From positions 7,618-71,617 of the IMG/VR virus record IMGVR_UViG_3300045927_000329: 64,000 bases of DNA; one strand, 5' to 3'. Each line of letters begins with the position of its first letter. The stretch's first letter is position 1. Source of the stretch: a virus. This document shows positions 45,101-53,426 of the stretch, one piece after another. The position numbers were made by a program, and so were the translations under genes. The notes beneath the pieces were generated by a model that worked only from the letters and a program-made list of their open reading frames with translations, was not told the DNA's origin and did no database searches.

Positions 45101-46222
45101 CCGGCGGTGCCCGCCAACCAGGTGCGCATCCGCCCGGACCCCAGCGACTGCGCGCCGTGGCTGCTCTACCGCGCCGACTGGATCTACGTTCAGGAGCCGC
45201 CGCGCATCGCCAAGTGGGACATCCACTTCGAGAACCGCTGGGACCAGTACTACACGGGCCTCGATCTCTACTGCGACACGCGCGGCCAGGAGAAGCGCAT
45301 CGAGGTCTGGGTCGACGAGACGCGCCTCACGCATCCGCACACCGGCGAGCCGTTCTGGCGCGTCACCGCCGCCGGCCGGCGCACGGTCCACCTCACGCTC
45401 CCCTGGGGACGCGGCCACGTCTTCCGCTTCCTCGCCATCGACGAGCACCCGGGGCTGCTCTACACGCACCGCTGGCACCTGCAGGAGGAGCCGAGCGAGC
45501 AGTCGAACTGGAACCAGAACTTCAGCATCTACAACACGCACGCCGACAAGTGGCTGAAGGCGGTCATCTTCGAGTGCGACACCTTCGACCAGCCGAAGGC
45601 CGTCCAGGTGGAAGTCGACGGTCAGGTCGTCGAGACGCTCACCGTGCGCGCCAACGGCCGCAAGGTCGTGCAGCTCGCGCTCAGCCAGCAGGCGCTCGGG
45701 CGCGTCTGGCGCCTCTTCCCGGTCGACGCCGCGCCGGGGCGCCTCTACTCCGCCGAGCCGGTCTTCGACGAAGAGCCGTTCCAGCTCAATCGCTGGGAGA
45801 CCCAGGAGACCAACCACAACCTCCCCGGCTGGTTCTACCCGCTCTACGCGCACATCACGCTCAAGTCCTCGGCGACCGTGACCCTCACCACGATCATCCA
45901 GCACAACCAGGTCGGCGGCACGACGACCCACAGCTACACCATCCCCTCGACCAGTGGGCAGAAGCAGCGGCGCTTCCTGCACGGCTTCCGCGCCACCAAG
46001 GGCGTGCTGATCAAGTACCTCCTCACCAGCCCGGAGCCCTTCTGGCTGTACCGCGAGGAGACCTCGATCGCCATCCAGCCGTGGGGCGCCTACGAGGCGA
46101 TCCTCGTCCGCCCGTTCGGCAACGACGACCTCGACCCATCCCGCACGATGACGCACGCGGTCCTCGCCGCCGCCGCGACCGGCGGGGCCGTCCCGACCGC
46201 CTCCCCGGGTGAGGCGCCATGA
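42173..46222 (+). CDS. Large tail nozzle/DNA stabilization protein
   Basis: 1349 aa, beta-rich, positioned after the adaptors; LYYC...PDHW and VYFVAEDGVF propeller-like segments. Confidence 0.7.
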   Translation: MAEQISRRSNPVTSAGFEQPFETQPVRFGSGTLNLKDSLDAMEGWTRLTNVWHENEGEATARPGQDSIASHAGSGPVSAVRKLRDPDSSTYTRFWGVGDTLQRGGEGATTVVASGLSGQPLALVPHRPTLSGEPWMFVGDKSKMLKVRADGLALPIGLPIPTAPPTLALAPEYRTAMAQFESADGSQASAWTGTAGTNRKGYASGIPITVDDTTGYQDGAGAVRFRTTDSPLMETGLTYDSWWGMARSLNLNTLTQVGGSATTPGSDDDHIHLWLLVSHPHTIEEVRLYFVVSDDFNPTVLPGTSYMDSVTGAANTNAYVKSFRKSDWTAYQQGRADQIEAAEADRVHRMRTVPGYRYAPDYQDLRDVAYSIWKSRLDAVDASRTASLELRGGAHQWQEFGSIGVPLRRGDFQRLGESLDRGWGTITGIIVYVRVTPTLADRVLEIGLDGLWLTGGSGPDSTEPGNQPYDYRVTNYDPRTGAESNGNKVPDPLVTIDSVRRGIVVDPPAYGDAAVRQRFYRRGGSVNEDWFFVGQNDSDGGAFTDSAEDVEAATAGVIPTDHYQPVPTLDPDTGEEILAQPLPALWGPLEGMLLGCGDPNRPGHLYYCLAGQPDHWSATGNVEVCAPSEELMNGGLIGHQGFVFSRARLYLTYPNLSGGQGVTATPSLCTRGLLGRWSFCCGPGGIVYFVAEDGVFATSGGPEEWLSEVINPLFYGTAVNGYQPIDKAETHLIRLTVWENDLFFLYPDTAGDMQVLVYSILQRHWRHYHFAKEPSVVQGEDEDILILGGRSTSTSYTHEGRSDDGEAIACVMRTGSVSGGRREEKLFGDVFLDADTDDIDLTLQIFLNEETHANVEELIAADLGRRRFLIHAFGTNPQKAHSIAFEMRWSSAERAPILYQAGIAVTLQPDLTNTRVTNWDDLGSPDEVWLTGVTLDCDTGGAAKTILIERDFDGSRSTVATFDVTASNRHKFKFSWPAVPANQVRIRPDPSDCAPWLLYRADWIYVQEPPRIAKWDIHFENRWDQYYTGLDLYCDTRGQEKRIEVWVDETRLTHPHTGEPFWRVTAAGRRTVHLTLPWGRGHVFRFLAIDEHPGLLYTHRWHLQEEPSEQSNWNQNFSIYNTHADKWLKAVIFECDTFDQPKAVQVEVDGQVVETLTVRANGRKVVQLALSQQALGRVWRLFPVDAAPGRLYSAEPVFDEEPFQLNRWETQETNHNLPGWFYPLYAHITLKSSATVTLTTIIQHNQVGGTTTHSYTIPSTSGQKQRRFLHGFRATKGVLIKYLLTSPEPFWLYREETSIAIQPWGAYEAILVRPFGNDDLDPSRTMTHAVLAAAATGGAVPTASPGEAP

Positions 46223-49200
46223 GTCCAGTCGACGAACGCACCGTCCCGCCGCTCAAGCGGCAGTATCCGCACGTCGACACGATCGAAGATTGGCGTGCCA
46301 AGCAATCGATCCGCCTGCTCTGGGACCGCGTCTTCGATCTCGAAGGGCGCCTGCAGGGGACCGAGGCCTCCGCCGACGCGCTCATCACCGCCGCCAACGA
46401 GCACGAGACGCGGATCGATCAGAACGCGCTCGCCGCGGGCGACGCGCTCGCGCGCGCGCAGACCCCGGCCGTCGCGCCAGGCGCGGGTGGCGGCGGGGGC
46501 GGGGGCGGCGGCGGGGGCGGAGGCGACGGCGGCTCGACCGACCCGCACGCCGAGACGCACGAAGAGGGCGGCGCCGATCCGATCGACGTGACCGAGCTGG
46601 AGGGCTACACCGGCTCCACCACCGACTTCCTCCGCGCCGACGGCACCTTCGCCGCCCCGCCCACGGGAGGCGGTGGCGGCCCGCACGCCGCGACGCACGA
46701 GACCGGCGGCGGCGACGTGGTGACGATCACCGATCTCGGGGGGTTCCCCGGCGGCACGAGCGACTTCCTCCGCGCCGATGGGACGTTTGCGACCCCGCCC
46801 GGCGGCGGCGGGGGCGGTGCCCCGGCGGCGCACCACACGACGCACGAGCCGGGCGGCAGCGACGCGATCGTCAACCTCTCGGCGACCGTGCTCACCAGCG
46901 GGACGCTCCCCGACGCGCGCCTCAGCGCCAACGTCCTGCAGTACAGCGGCGGCTATCCCGGCGGCACCACCACGTACCTCCGCGCCGACGGCACCTTCGG
47001 CACGCCGCCTGGCACGACCGCCCCCGGCGGCGCGACGACGCAGATCCAGTTCAACGACGCGGGTGCCTTCGGCGGCTCCGCCAACCTGATCTTCGACAAG
47101 ACGACCGGGAGCGTCCACGCCCTCTCACCTGGCTACCATGCCTTCGGCCCGAGTCGTGACCAGGCGTATGCCCTCTGGCTGAACGGCGTCCATGCGCCTA
47201 CAGCCGGGGCGTCCTCGCAGGCTCTCAGGCTGACGACCGAGATTCGCCCGCCAGCGGGAGCGAACGCGCGCGGCCTGGTGCTGCAGCCGACGTTTGTCAA
47301 GGCGGCGAGCGGCACGCACACCGCGGTGTCCACGCTGTATGTTGGGGAGCCGATCTTCACGGGTGCGGGTGCGGCGACGGTCACTGACGCGATTGCGCTT
47401 GAGGTAGGCGCGACGCCGACAGGCGGTGTGAACAATCTGGCCTTGCGGGTCGGAGGCACCGTCCACGTCACCACACCCAGCTACCACGCCTTCGGCCCGA
47501 CCCGCACCGAGAACTACGCCTTCTACTTGAACGGCATCCACGCCCCGACGAGCGGTGGCGCACAGGGCTTCCGCGTGGAGTACGACCTGCGCCCGACCGT
47601 CAGTCTGAATGCCCACGGCTCGGTCCTCGCGGCCACGGTGACGAAGGCGGCGAGCGGCACGCACGCCACAGTGACCTCGCTCTACGTGGCGCAGCCGACG
47701 ATCACCGGGGGCGCGGCCACGGTCACCGAAGCGACGACGCTGTACGTGTCCGGGGCGCCCACGGGCGCGGCGACCAACTACGGGATGCACGTCTTCGGCG
47801 CGGCCTGGTTCGAGAACGAGATCATCACCGGCGGCGTGCTCCGCCGCAACACGGCCTCCGGCTCCGACACGCTCGGCAATGCGCTGTGGGGCGGTGGGGC
47901 CACCGGGGCCGCGCGTGGCGCCGGCATCACCTGCTACGGCGTCAACGCCGCCGGCCCGCCGGGCTTCGTCGACATCGAGATGGGCAACGTCAGCACCTCG
48001 ATGTTCCGCCTCTGGCGCAGCGGGGGCGTGCTGTCGTTCCAGATCCGGGGCAGTGACGGAGGCGCCGGGTTCATCAGCTCCGCCATGGACGTCCTCGGGC
48101 TGAACAGCACCCATGCCAACGGCGGCTACCTGTCCCTTCAGCGCAGCGGGGTGGTCAAGGGCTACCTCGGGATTGGCGCGGCGCTGGGCATGGGCACCGC
48201 TGATGACCTGAGTCTGCGGGCGGAGTCCATCTTGTATTTGAGAGCCGCCACAGGGACGTACATCCTGCGGAGTGACAACGTCACCGCGTTCTATGTGCGG
48301 AGCAGCGACGGCTTCGTGTCGATGGCGTCCTCGACCGCCAACATCACCTACTTCGACAGCACGGCGAGCACGGGCGGCTACGTGACCTTCCTGCGTAGCG
48401 CCGTGGCCAAAGCCTACATCGGGTCAGGTGCGGCACTCGGGGCGGGCACCAACGATGACTTGATGGTGCGGTCGGAGTACACCCTCAGTCTGCGCGGGGC
48501 GACGGCTGTCAATCTGTTGAAGAGCGACTACGCCACCGCACTTCAAGTGCGCGGCAGCGATGGCTATATCCAGATGCCGCTCGCGGTGGGTGTGAGCACA
48601 GGTGGCCCGCTCTCCCTTGGCGGTACTCTTTACGTCACGAATGGTGCCGTCGTCCTCGGTGGCAGCGGCACGAACAACTACCTGCTCACGAACACGACGG
48701 CCGGGACCGACAACGCGAACATCGGCCTTCATGCTCATACCGCTGGCTGGGTCAGTCAAGGGCGTGGCCCGTCCCTGATTATGGGCGGCAATCAGGCAGG
48801 GTCCGTTGCTGGTTCGGTGGGCTTCTGGCTGGGCACTGCCACTGGAGCCAATTTCTTCATCTACGGAGCCGCCGCATCTCCCACTTTCGACCACCGGGCG
48901 AGCGACGGCTACACGATCTTCCGGTCGAGCTATACGACGAACGCGTGGCTGTTTCACAGCACCAATGCCGAGCAAGGCTACATGCAGTTCTCCAACGCGG
49001 GGTACAACATCGGCTTCATCGGGAATGCGAAGCAGCTGGCCGCGCTCGGCGGGGCCGCAGACGGATTCTGTCTGCTGGCCCAAGATAAGCTGGTGTTCGC
49101 GTCGAACGTCAATCTCATCTACGCCCCTCCGGTCTATAACTCCACCGACACGGCGGCGGTGAACGTCACCGTCAACTCCAGCGGCCTCGTCCGTCGCTCG

Positions 49201-49476
49201 ACCTCCTCGCGCCGCTACAAGACCGACATCGCCCCGTTCGGCGCCGCCGACCGCGCGCGGCTCTTGCAGTTGCAACCGGTGACGTTCCGGTCGGCGGTCA
49301 GCGGGCTGCCCTACATGGGCTTCGTCGCGGAGGAGGTCGCGGCGATCGAGCCCCGCCTCGCCGTCACCGGCCCGAACGGCCCGGACGAAGTCGCCTACAC
49401 GCACCTGACCGCCGGCCTGCTCTCGCTGATTCAAGACCTCTACGCGCGCGTCGCCGCGCTGGAAGGGAGCCACTGA
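46219..49476 (+). CDS. Tail fibre with C-terminal peptidase S74 intramolecular chaperone
   Basis: TQIQFND motif; SSRRYKTDI...LQPVTF...GFVAEEV...VAY...IQDL. Confidence 0.9.
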   Translation: MSPVDERTVPPLKRQYPHVDTIEDWRAKQSIRLLWDRVFDLEGRLQGTEASADALITAANEHETRIDQNALAAGDALARAQTPAVAPGAGGGGGGGGGGGGGDGGSTDPHAETHEEGGADPIDVTELEGYTGSTTDFLRADGTFAAPPTGGGGGPHAATHETGGGDVVTITDLGGFPGGTSDFLRADGTFATPPGGGGGGAPAAHHTTHEPGGSDAIVNLSATVLTSGTLPDARLSANVLQYSGGYPGGTTTYLRADGTFGTPPGTTAPGGATTQIQFNDAGAFGGSANLIFDKTTGSVHALSPGYHAFGPSRDQAYALWLNGVHAPTAGASSQALRLTTEIRPPAGANARGLVLQPTFVKAASGTHTAVSTLYVGEPIFTGAGAATVTDAIALEVGATPTGGVNNLALRVGGTVHVTTPSYHAFGPTRTENYAFYLNGIHAPTSGGAQGFRVEYDLRPTVSLNAHGSVLAATVTKAASGTHATVTSLYVAQPTITGGAATVTEATTLYVSGAPTGAATNYGMHVFGAAWFENEIITGGVLRRNTASGSDTLGNALWGGGATGAARGAGITCYGVNAAGPPGFVDIEMGNVSTSMFRLWRSGGVLSFQIRGSDGGAGFISSAMDVLGLNSTHANGGYLSLQRSGVVKGYLGIGAALGMGTADDLSLRAESILYLRAATGTYILRSDNVTAFYVRSSDGFVSMASSTANITYFDSTASTGGYVTFLRSAVAKAYIGSGAALGAGTNDDLMVRSEYTLSLRGATAVNLLKSDYATALQVRGSDGYIQMPLAVGVSTGGPLSLGGTLYVTNGAVVLGGSGTNNYLLTNTTAGTDNANIGLHAHTAGWVSQGRGPSLIMGGNQAGSVAGSVGFWLGTATGANFFIYGAAASPTFDHRASDGYTIFRSSYTTNAWLFHSTNAEQGYMQFSNAGYNIGFIGNAKQLAALGGAADGFCLLAQDKLVFASNVNLIYAPPVYNSTDTAAVNVTVNSSGLVRRSTSSRRYKTDIAPFGAADRARLLQLQPVTFRSAVSGLPYMGFVAEEVAAIEPRLAVTGPNGPDEVAYTHLTAGLLSLIQDLYARVAALEGSH

Positions 49477-49477
49477 G

Positions 49478-49825
49478 ATGCCGATGACCCTCAGTCACAC
49501 GCAGCACCTCCTCGGCCGCGACCAGGTGTTCATCTCCCGCTGCAAGGTGCAGCTGCTCGACGTCGCCGATGACGTGCTGACCGAGACGAACGTGCCGCAC
49601 CACCCGGCGCGCGCCAACTATGCCCGCAGCGTGGTGATGAACCCGGATGGCATCGCGGCGCAGGCGGCGCAGTACCTCGCCCGCTCGACCAACGTCACCG
49701 CCGCCGGCATCGACATGACCGACCAGGGGCCGCTCGCCAAGATCGACGACGCCGGCCTGCTCTCCCAGGTCAGTTCCTCGTGGAACATCCTGGCGGGCAT
49801 CGACGAAGGGACCGGCCCCGCATGA
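49478..49825 (+). CDS. Hypothetical protein (115 aa)
   Basis: Directly follows the fibre gene. Confidence 0.65.
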   Translation: MPMTLSHTQHLLGRDQVFISRCKVQLLDVADDVLTETNVPHHPARANYARSVVMNPDGIAAQAAQYLARSTNVTAAGIDMTDQGPLAKIDDAGLLSQVSSSWNILAGIDEGTGPA

Positions 49826-50085
49826 CCTCGCCCTCGCCCGCGTCGCCCACGCCGACGCAGCTCGACCCGCCCGACTACTGGCAGCTCCGCGCCCTCAGCG
49901 CCGACCTCGACCGCGAGCAGACCGCCCTCGCCCTCGTGCAGACGCGCCTGGAGGCCCTCCGCACGCGGCGCGAGGCGCTCTGGAAGACCCTCGTCGAGAA
50001 GTACGGGCTCGACCCGACCGCGCCCTACGCCGCGCGCGACGAGGACTGCTCGCTCACCCCCTCGTCGCCAGGAGGCCCGTCGTGA
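49822..50085 (+). CDS. Small coiled-coil protein, possible fibre chaperone
   Basis: ATGA overlap; LVEKYGLD motif. Confidence 0.6.
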   Translation: MTSPSPASPTPTQLDPPDYWQLRALSADLDREQTALALVQTRLEALRTRREALWKTLVEKYGLDPTAPYAARDEDCSLTPSSPGGPS

Positions 50086-50519
50086 GTCCACCGCCCACTG
50101 TGCGCGAGCTGCCGCCCGAGGAATGGCCCCGCCTGGCGGCCTACGAGCCGTTCGCTACGGGGGGCTTGCCCTCGGCCGGGCACTGGCGCATCCTCGTCGC
50201 CGAAGTGGGTCCCGACCTCGTCGCCTTCGTCTGCTTGTTCGACGCCGTCCACCTCGAACCGCTCTGGGTGGCGCCCGAGTATCGCCTCCGCCCGAAGACC
50301 TTCGGCCACCTCCTCCAGGCGCTCTGGGCCGAGGCGCACCAGCTCCTCACCGACCTGGGCGTCGGCGCGGTGTTCGCCACGGTCGACCAGTCGAACCTGC
50401 CGCGCGGCGGGCGCTTCCTCGAACACCTGGGGTTCCACCCCGCGCCCGCGCGTCTCTACGTCGCGACCGTCCCCGACCGACAGCCGGTCCCCGAACGCGC
50501 AGCAGCAGAAGGAGCCTGA
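50082..50519 (+). CDS. GNAT-like acetyltransferase
   Basis: ILVAE...HLEPLWVAPEYR...FLEHLGF; podovirus position before the ejection genes. Confidence 0.75.
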   Translation: MSPPPTVRELPPEEWPRLAAYEPFATGGLPSAGHWRILVAEVGPDLVAFVCLFDAVHLEPLWVAPEYRLRPKTFGHLLQALWAEAHQLLTDLGVGAVFATVDQSNLPRGGRFLEHLGFHPAPARLYVATVPDRQPVPERAAAEGA

Positions 50520-50522
50520 GCC

Positions 50523-51476
50523 ATGAGTATGGTCGTCCCGTTCTTGCCGCTCATCGCCCAGGGCGCCGGCCTCGTCGCAGGCGGCATCGCCGGCCGCAAG
50601 GCGCAGCGCGACGCCGAGAAGCGCAGCCTCGAAGAGCAGCAGGCGCTCGCCGCCGCGCGCGGCATCGGCGGCACCCTCGGCAGCTACGGCGGCCAGTTCC
50701 TCCAGACCGGCCAGCAGGCCCTGGCCGGCCCGCAGCGCTACTACGAGACGCTCCTGCACGGCAACCGCGCGGCGATGACCCAGGCGGTCGCGCCCGAGGT
50801 CGCGCAGATCACCGCCGCCAGTCGCGGCAGCGAACGCAACCTCGATCGCACCGGCGTGCGCGGCGCGGCGCGCGAGCAGGCGAATGTCGAAGCGGCGCGT
50901 CAGCAGCAGGCGGCGGTCGCCGCGTTGATGGGCGCCGTGCGTCCGCGCGCGGCCGAAGCGCTGGCCGGCATCGGTGAGAGCATGATCGGCCAGGGCGCCT
51001 ACGCCAGCGCGCAGGCCGGCAACCTGCAGTCCTCACTCCTGAGCGAGGGCTTCGCGAACCGGCAGTACGCGCGCGACGAGGGGCGACGCACCAGCGAAGC
51101 GATCGGCCGCTTCGTCCGCGAGATCATCCCGAACATTCCGAAGCGGCAGCCGCGCCCGCCGGGACCCTACACCGTGATGGACGAGAACACCGGGCTGCCG
51201 CGTCGCACCGACATCTCGGGGCCGCCGGTGACCCCGCCGCCAACCGGCTACGGGCCGCCGGTGACGCCGCCTCCGACGGCGCGCGCGCAGCCGTACGCCT
51301 ACGCGACCGCGGGGCAGCAGGCGGCAGTCTCGCCCCGCCCCTATCGGAGCCTCTTCGGCACGCCCCCGCTGCCCCAGGCGCCAGGTGCGCGACCGAACGT
51401 CTCGACCTACACGAGCTTCCTGCCCACCAACCAGCAGCGGCTGCCGATAAGCCCGCTCTATCCGGGTCCCTACTGA
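50523..51476 (+). CDS. Putative DNA ejection/internal virion protein
   Basis: N-terminal GAGLVAGGIAG hydrophobic segment; Ala/Gln-rich. Confidence 0.65.
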   Translation: MSMVVPFLPLIAQGAGLVAGGIAGRKAQRDAEKRSLEEQQALAAARGIGGTLGSYGGQFLQTGQQALAGPQRYYETLLHGNRAAMTQAVAPEVAQITAASRGSERNLDRTGVRGAAREQANVEAARQQQAAVAALMGAVRPRAAEALAGIGESMIGQGAYASAQAGNLQSSLLSEGFANRQYARDEGRRTSEAIGRFVREIIPNIPKRQPRPPGPYTVMDENTGLPRRTDISGPPVTPPPTGYGPPVTPPPTARAQPYAYATAGQQAAVSPRPYRSLFGTPPLPQAPGARPNVSTYTSFLPTNQQRLPISPLYPGPY

Positions 51477-51488
51477 CGGTCTGCGATC

Positions 51489-53423
51489 ATGGCCTGGCTC
51501 GAAGGCTTGCTCACCGGCTGGTCCGACGCCAGCCGCGACATCCGCCAGGAGGAGTTCCGCCGCGCGGAGCTGCAGAACCAGCGCGAGGAGAAGCTCTACT
51601 ACACGCTGCTCAACTCGCCCGACCCGGAGATCCAGGCGCTCGCGGCGACCGGCCTCCTGCAGTCCTCGCAGCTGCCGAAGTGGAAGGGGAGCCTCGGGCG
51701 CATCCTGGCGGAGACCGAGCAGAACCCGGCCTACGCGCAGATCCTCGCCTCACTCCAACGCCCGCGCACCGTCACCGAGCGCACCTACACGAAGGTCCCG
51801 GGCCTGCCGTCGCGCCAGGGCTTCGGCGCCACGCCGACGCCGACGCTGCCGGCGCCGAACAACCCGGCCGGCATGATCGACACGCCGCCCGACCAGACCG
51901 GCTCGGCCGCCTTGCCCGCGAACTCGCCGACCGAAGTCGGGGCGCCGCCGCCGACGCCGGTCGAGCCGATGCCGCTGGCCTCGCCGGGTCTCTCGCCGTT
52001 CAGGATGCCGCCGCCGCGCCCGCCGTTCTACCCAGCCACAGGGCAGGTCGCAACCGAGGCGCCGATCAGTCGCAGCGCACTCTTCGCGCCGTCGGAGACC
52101 GAGCCCGGGCTTGCGCCGCAGCCGACCTTCCGCAGCAGCGAGACCGCCTTCGAGCCGGAGCCGGCGCCCGAGCCGGTCGCGCCCCCGGCGCCGCCGCCAC
52201 CGCCGCCCTTCGCCTTCCGAGATGTTGCAGCTCCAACCGTCGGCCGGGTCGACGTCGGCGAGCGCACCGTCTCGCGCCTCCCGCGCGCGTTCCCGACGGC
52301 CGAGGACCTCGCCGCGTCGCAGACACGCGGGCGCGGCCTCGGCGAGTACGAGTACCTGGTCGAGATGTACCGCCGCGTGGGCGATCCCGACCCGGAGGCC
52401 GCCGCAGCCAAGCTGCTGGAGAGTAAGATCGACAGCGACGCCGGGATCCTGCGCGGCAACGTCATCCCCGATCCCGACAATCCCGGCGCGTACCTGCAGC
52501 AGATCCTCAGTCGCTCGACGGGACAGGTCCTCCGCACGATCCCGGCTGCGGCCCCAGGGGCGCCCGGGGCGGCCGCGCCGCAGCTGCGCGACCTGATCGC
52601 CGCGCGCCGCTACGGCCAGCCCAACGAAGACCCGCGCGTCATCCTGCGCTCCGGCCGTCTCACGCCGAAACAGCTCGACCTCGTCTTCGAGGAGGAGCGG
52701 CAGGAACTCGCCCTGCGTGCGCTGGAGCGGGCGAAGGCGGTGTCCGGGGTGGGGCTCAGCACCTACCAGAAGTTCCAGGCGACCGAGGCGATGAGCGGCC
52801 GCTGGACTGCGCTGAACCGCCCGGTGCGCGACATGGAGCGTGCCTACGGCGAGATGACCGTCGGGCTCGATCGCTTCACCTCGGATCCGATCGGGGCCTC
52901 ACAGGCGATCCTGGTCACCTTCCAGAAGATCCTCGACCCGACCTCGGTGGTGCGCGAGGGCGAGTACGATCGCTCGCCCGCGGGCCTCTCCATCCTCGCC
53001 CGCATCCAGGGGATGTACCAGCGCTACATCGGGCAGTGGGACCCGGTGGCGCAGCGCTGGACTGGTGGCGGCGCTGGCGTCCCGATCGCCGAGCTGAAAG
53101 AGATGACCGAGACGGCGCGCCAGTTCCTGGCCGGGCTCAAGGACTTCAACGAGAACGAGCGGCAGCGGCTCATCGGGCGCGCCGCCGCGCTGGACGTCGC
53201 TCCGGCTGACATTCTCGGCCCGAACCTCGGGGTGATCACCGTCCCGCCGCCCTACGGCCAGATCGTCGCGACGCCACCACCGCCGCCAGTGACTCCGCCT
53301 CCTGGCGGTGGTGGAGCCGGGCGTGCTGGAGCCGGGGGTGGTGGAGCCGGGGGTGGTGGAGGCGTCACGCTCGACACGCCGATCGTCGTCAACCCGGACG
53401 GCACCTACACCGTCAGACCCTGA
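51489..53423 (+). CDS. Putative DNA ejection/internal virion protein
   Basis: FQKILDPTSVVREGEY motif typical of phage internal proteins; Pro-rich linker. Confidence 0.7.
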   Translation: MAWLEGLLTGWSDASRDIRQEEFRRAELQNQREEKLYYTLLNSPDPEIQALAATGLLQSSQLPKWKGSLGRILAETEQNPAYAQILASLQRPRTVTERTYTKVPGLPSRQGFGATPTPTLPAPNNPAGMIDTPPDQTGSAALPANSPTEVGAPPPTPVEPMPLASPGLSPFRMPPPRPPFYPATGQVATEAPISRSALFAPSETEPGLAPQPTFRSSETAFEPEPAPEPVAPPAPPPPPPFAFRDVAAPTVGRVDVGERTVSRLPRAFPTAEDLAASQTRGRGLGEYEYLVEMYRRVGDPDPEAAAAKLLESKIDSDAGILRGNVIPDPDNPGAYLQQILSRSTGQVLRTIPAAAPGAPGAAAPQLRDLIAARRYGQPNEDPRVILRSGRLTPKQLDLVFEEERQELALRALERAKAVSGVGLSTYQKFQATEAMSGRWTALNRPVRDMERAYGEMTVGLDRFTSDPIGASQAILVTFQKILDPTSVVREGEYDRSPAGLSILARIQGMYQRYIGQWDPVAQRWTGGGAGVPIAELKEMTETARQFLAGLKDFNENERQRLIGRAAALDVAPADILGPNLGVITVPPPYGQIVATPPPPPVTPPPGGGGAGRAGAGGGGAGGGGGVTLDTPIVVNPDGTYTVRP

Positions 53424-53426
53424 GCC

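Noticed and set aside
46219-49476. Diversity-generating retroelement targeting the tail fibre
   Set aside because: No reverse transcriptase and no TR/VR pair differing at adenines; the repeats are diverged protein modules.
53305-53363. 15-bp tandem repeat GGTGGTGGAGCCGGG as a regulatory or contingency locus
   Set aside because: In frame and encodes a Gly/Ala linker; the same applies to the Gly run near 46487-46525.
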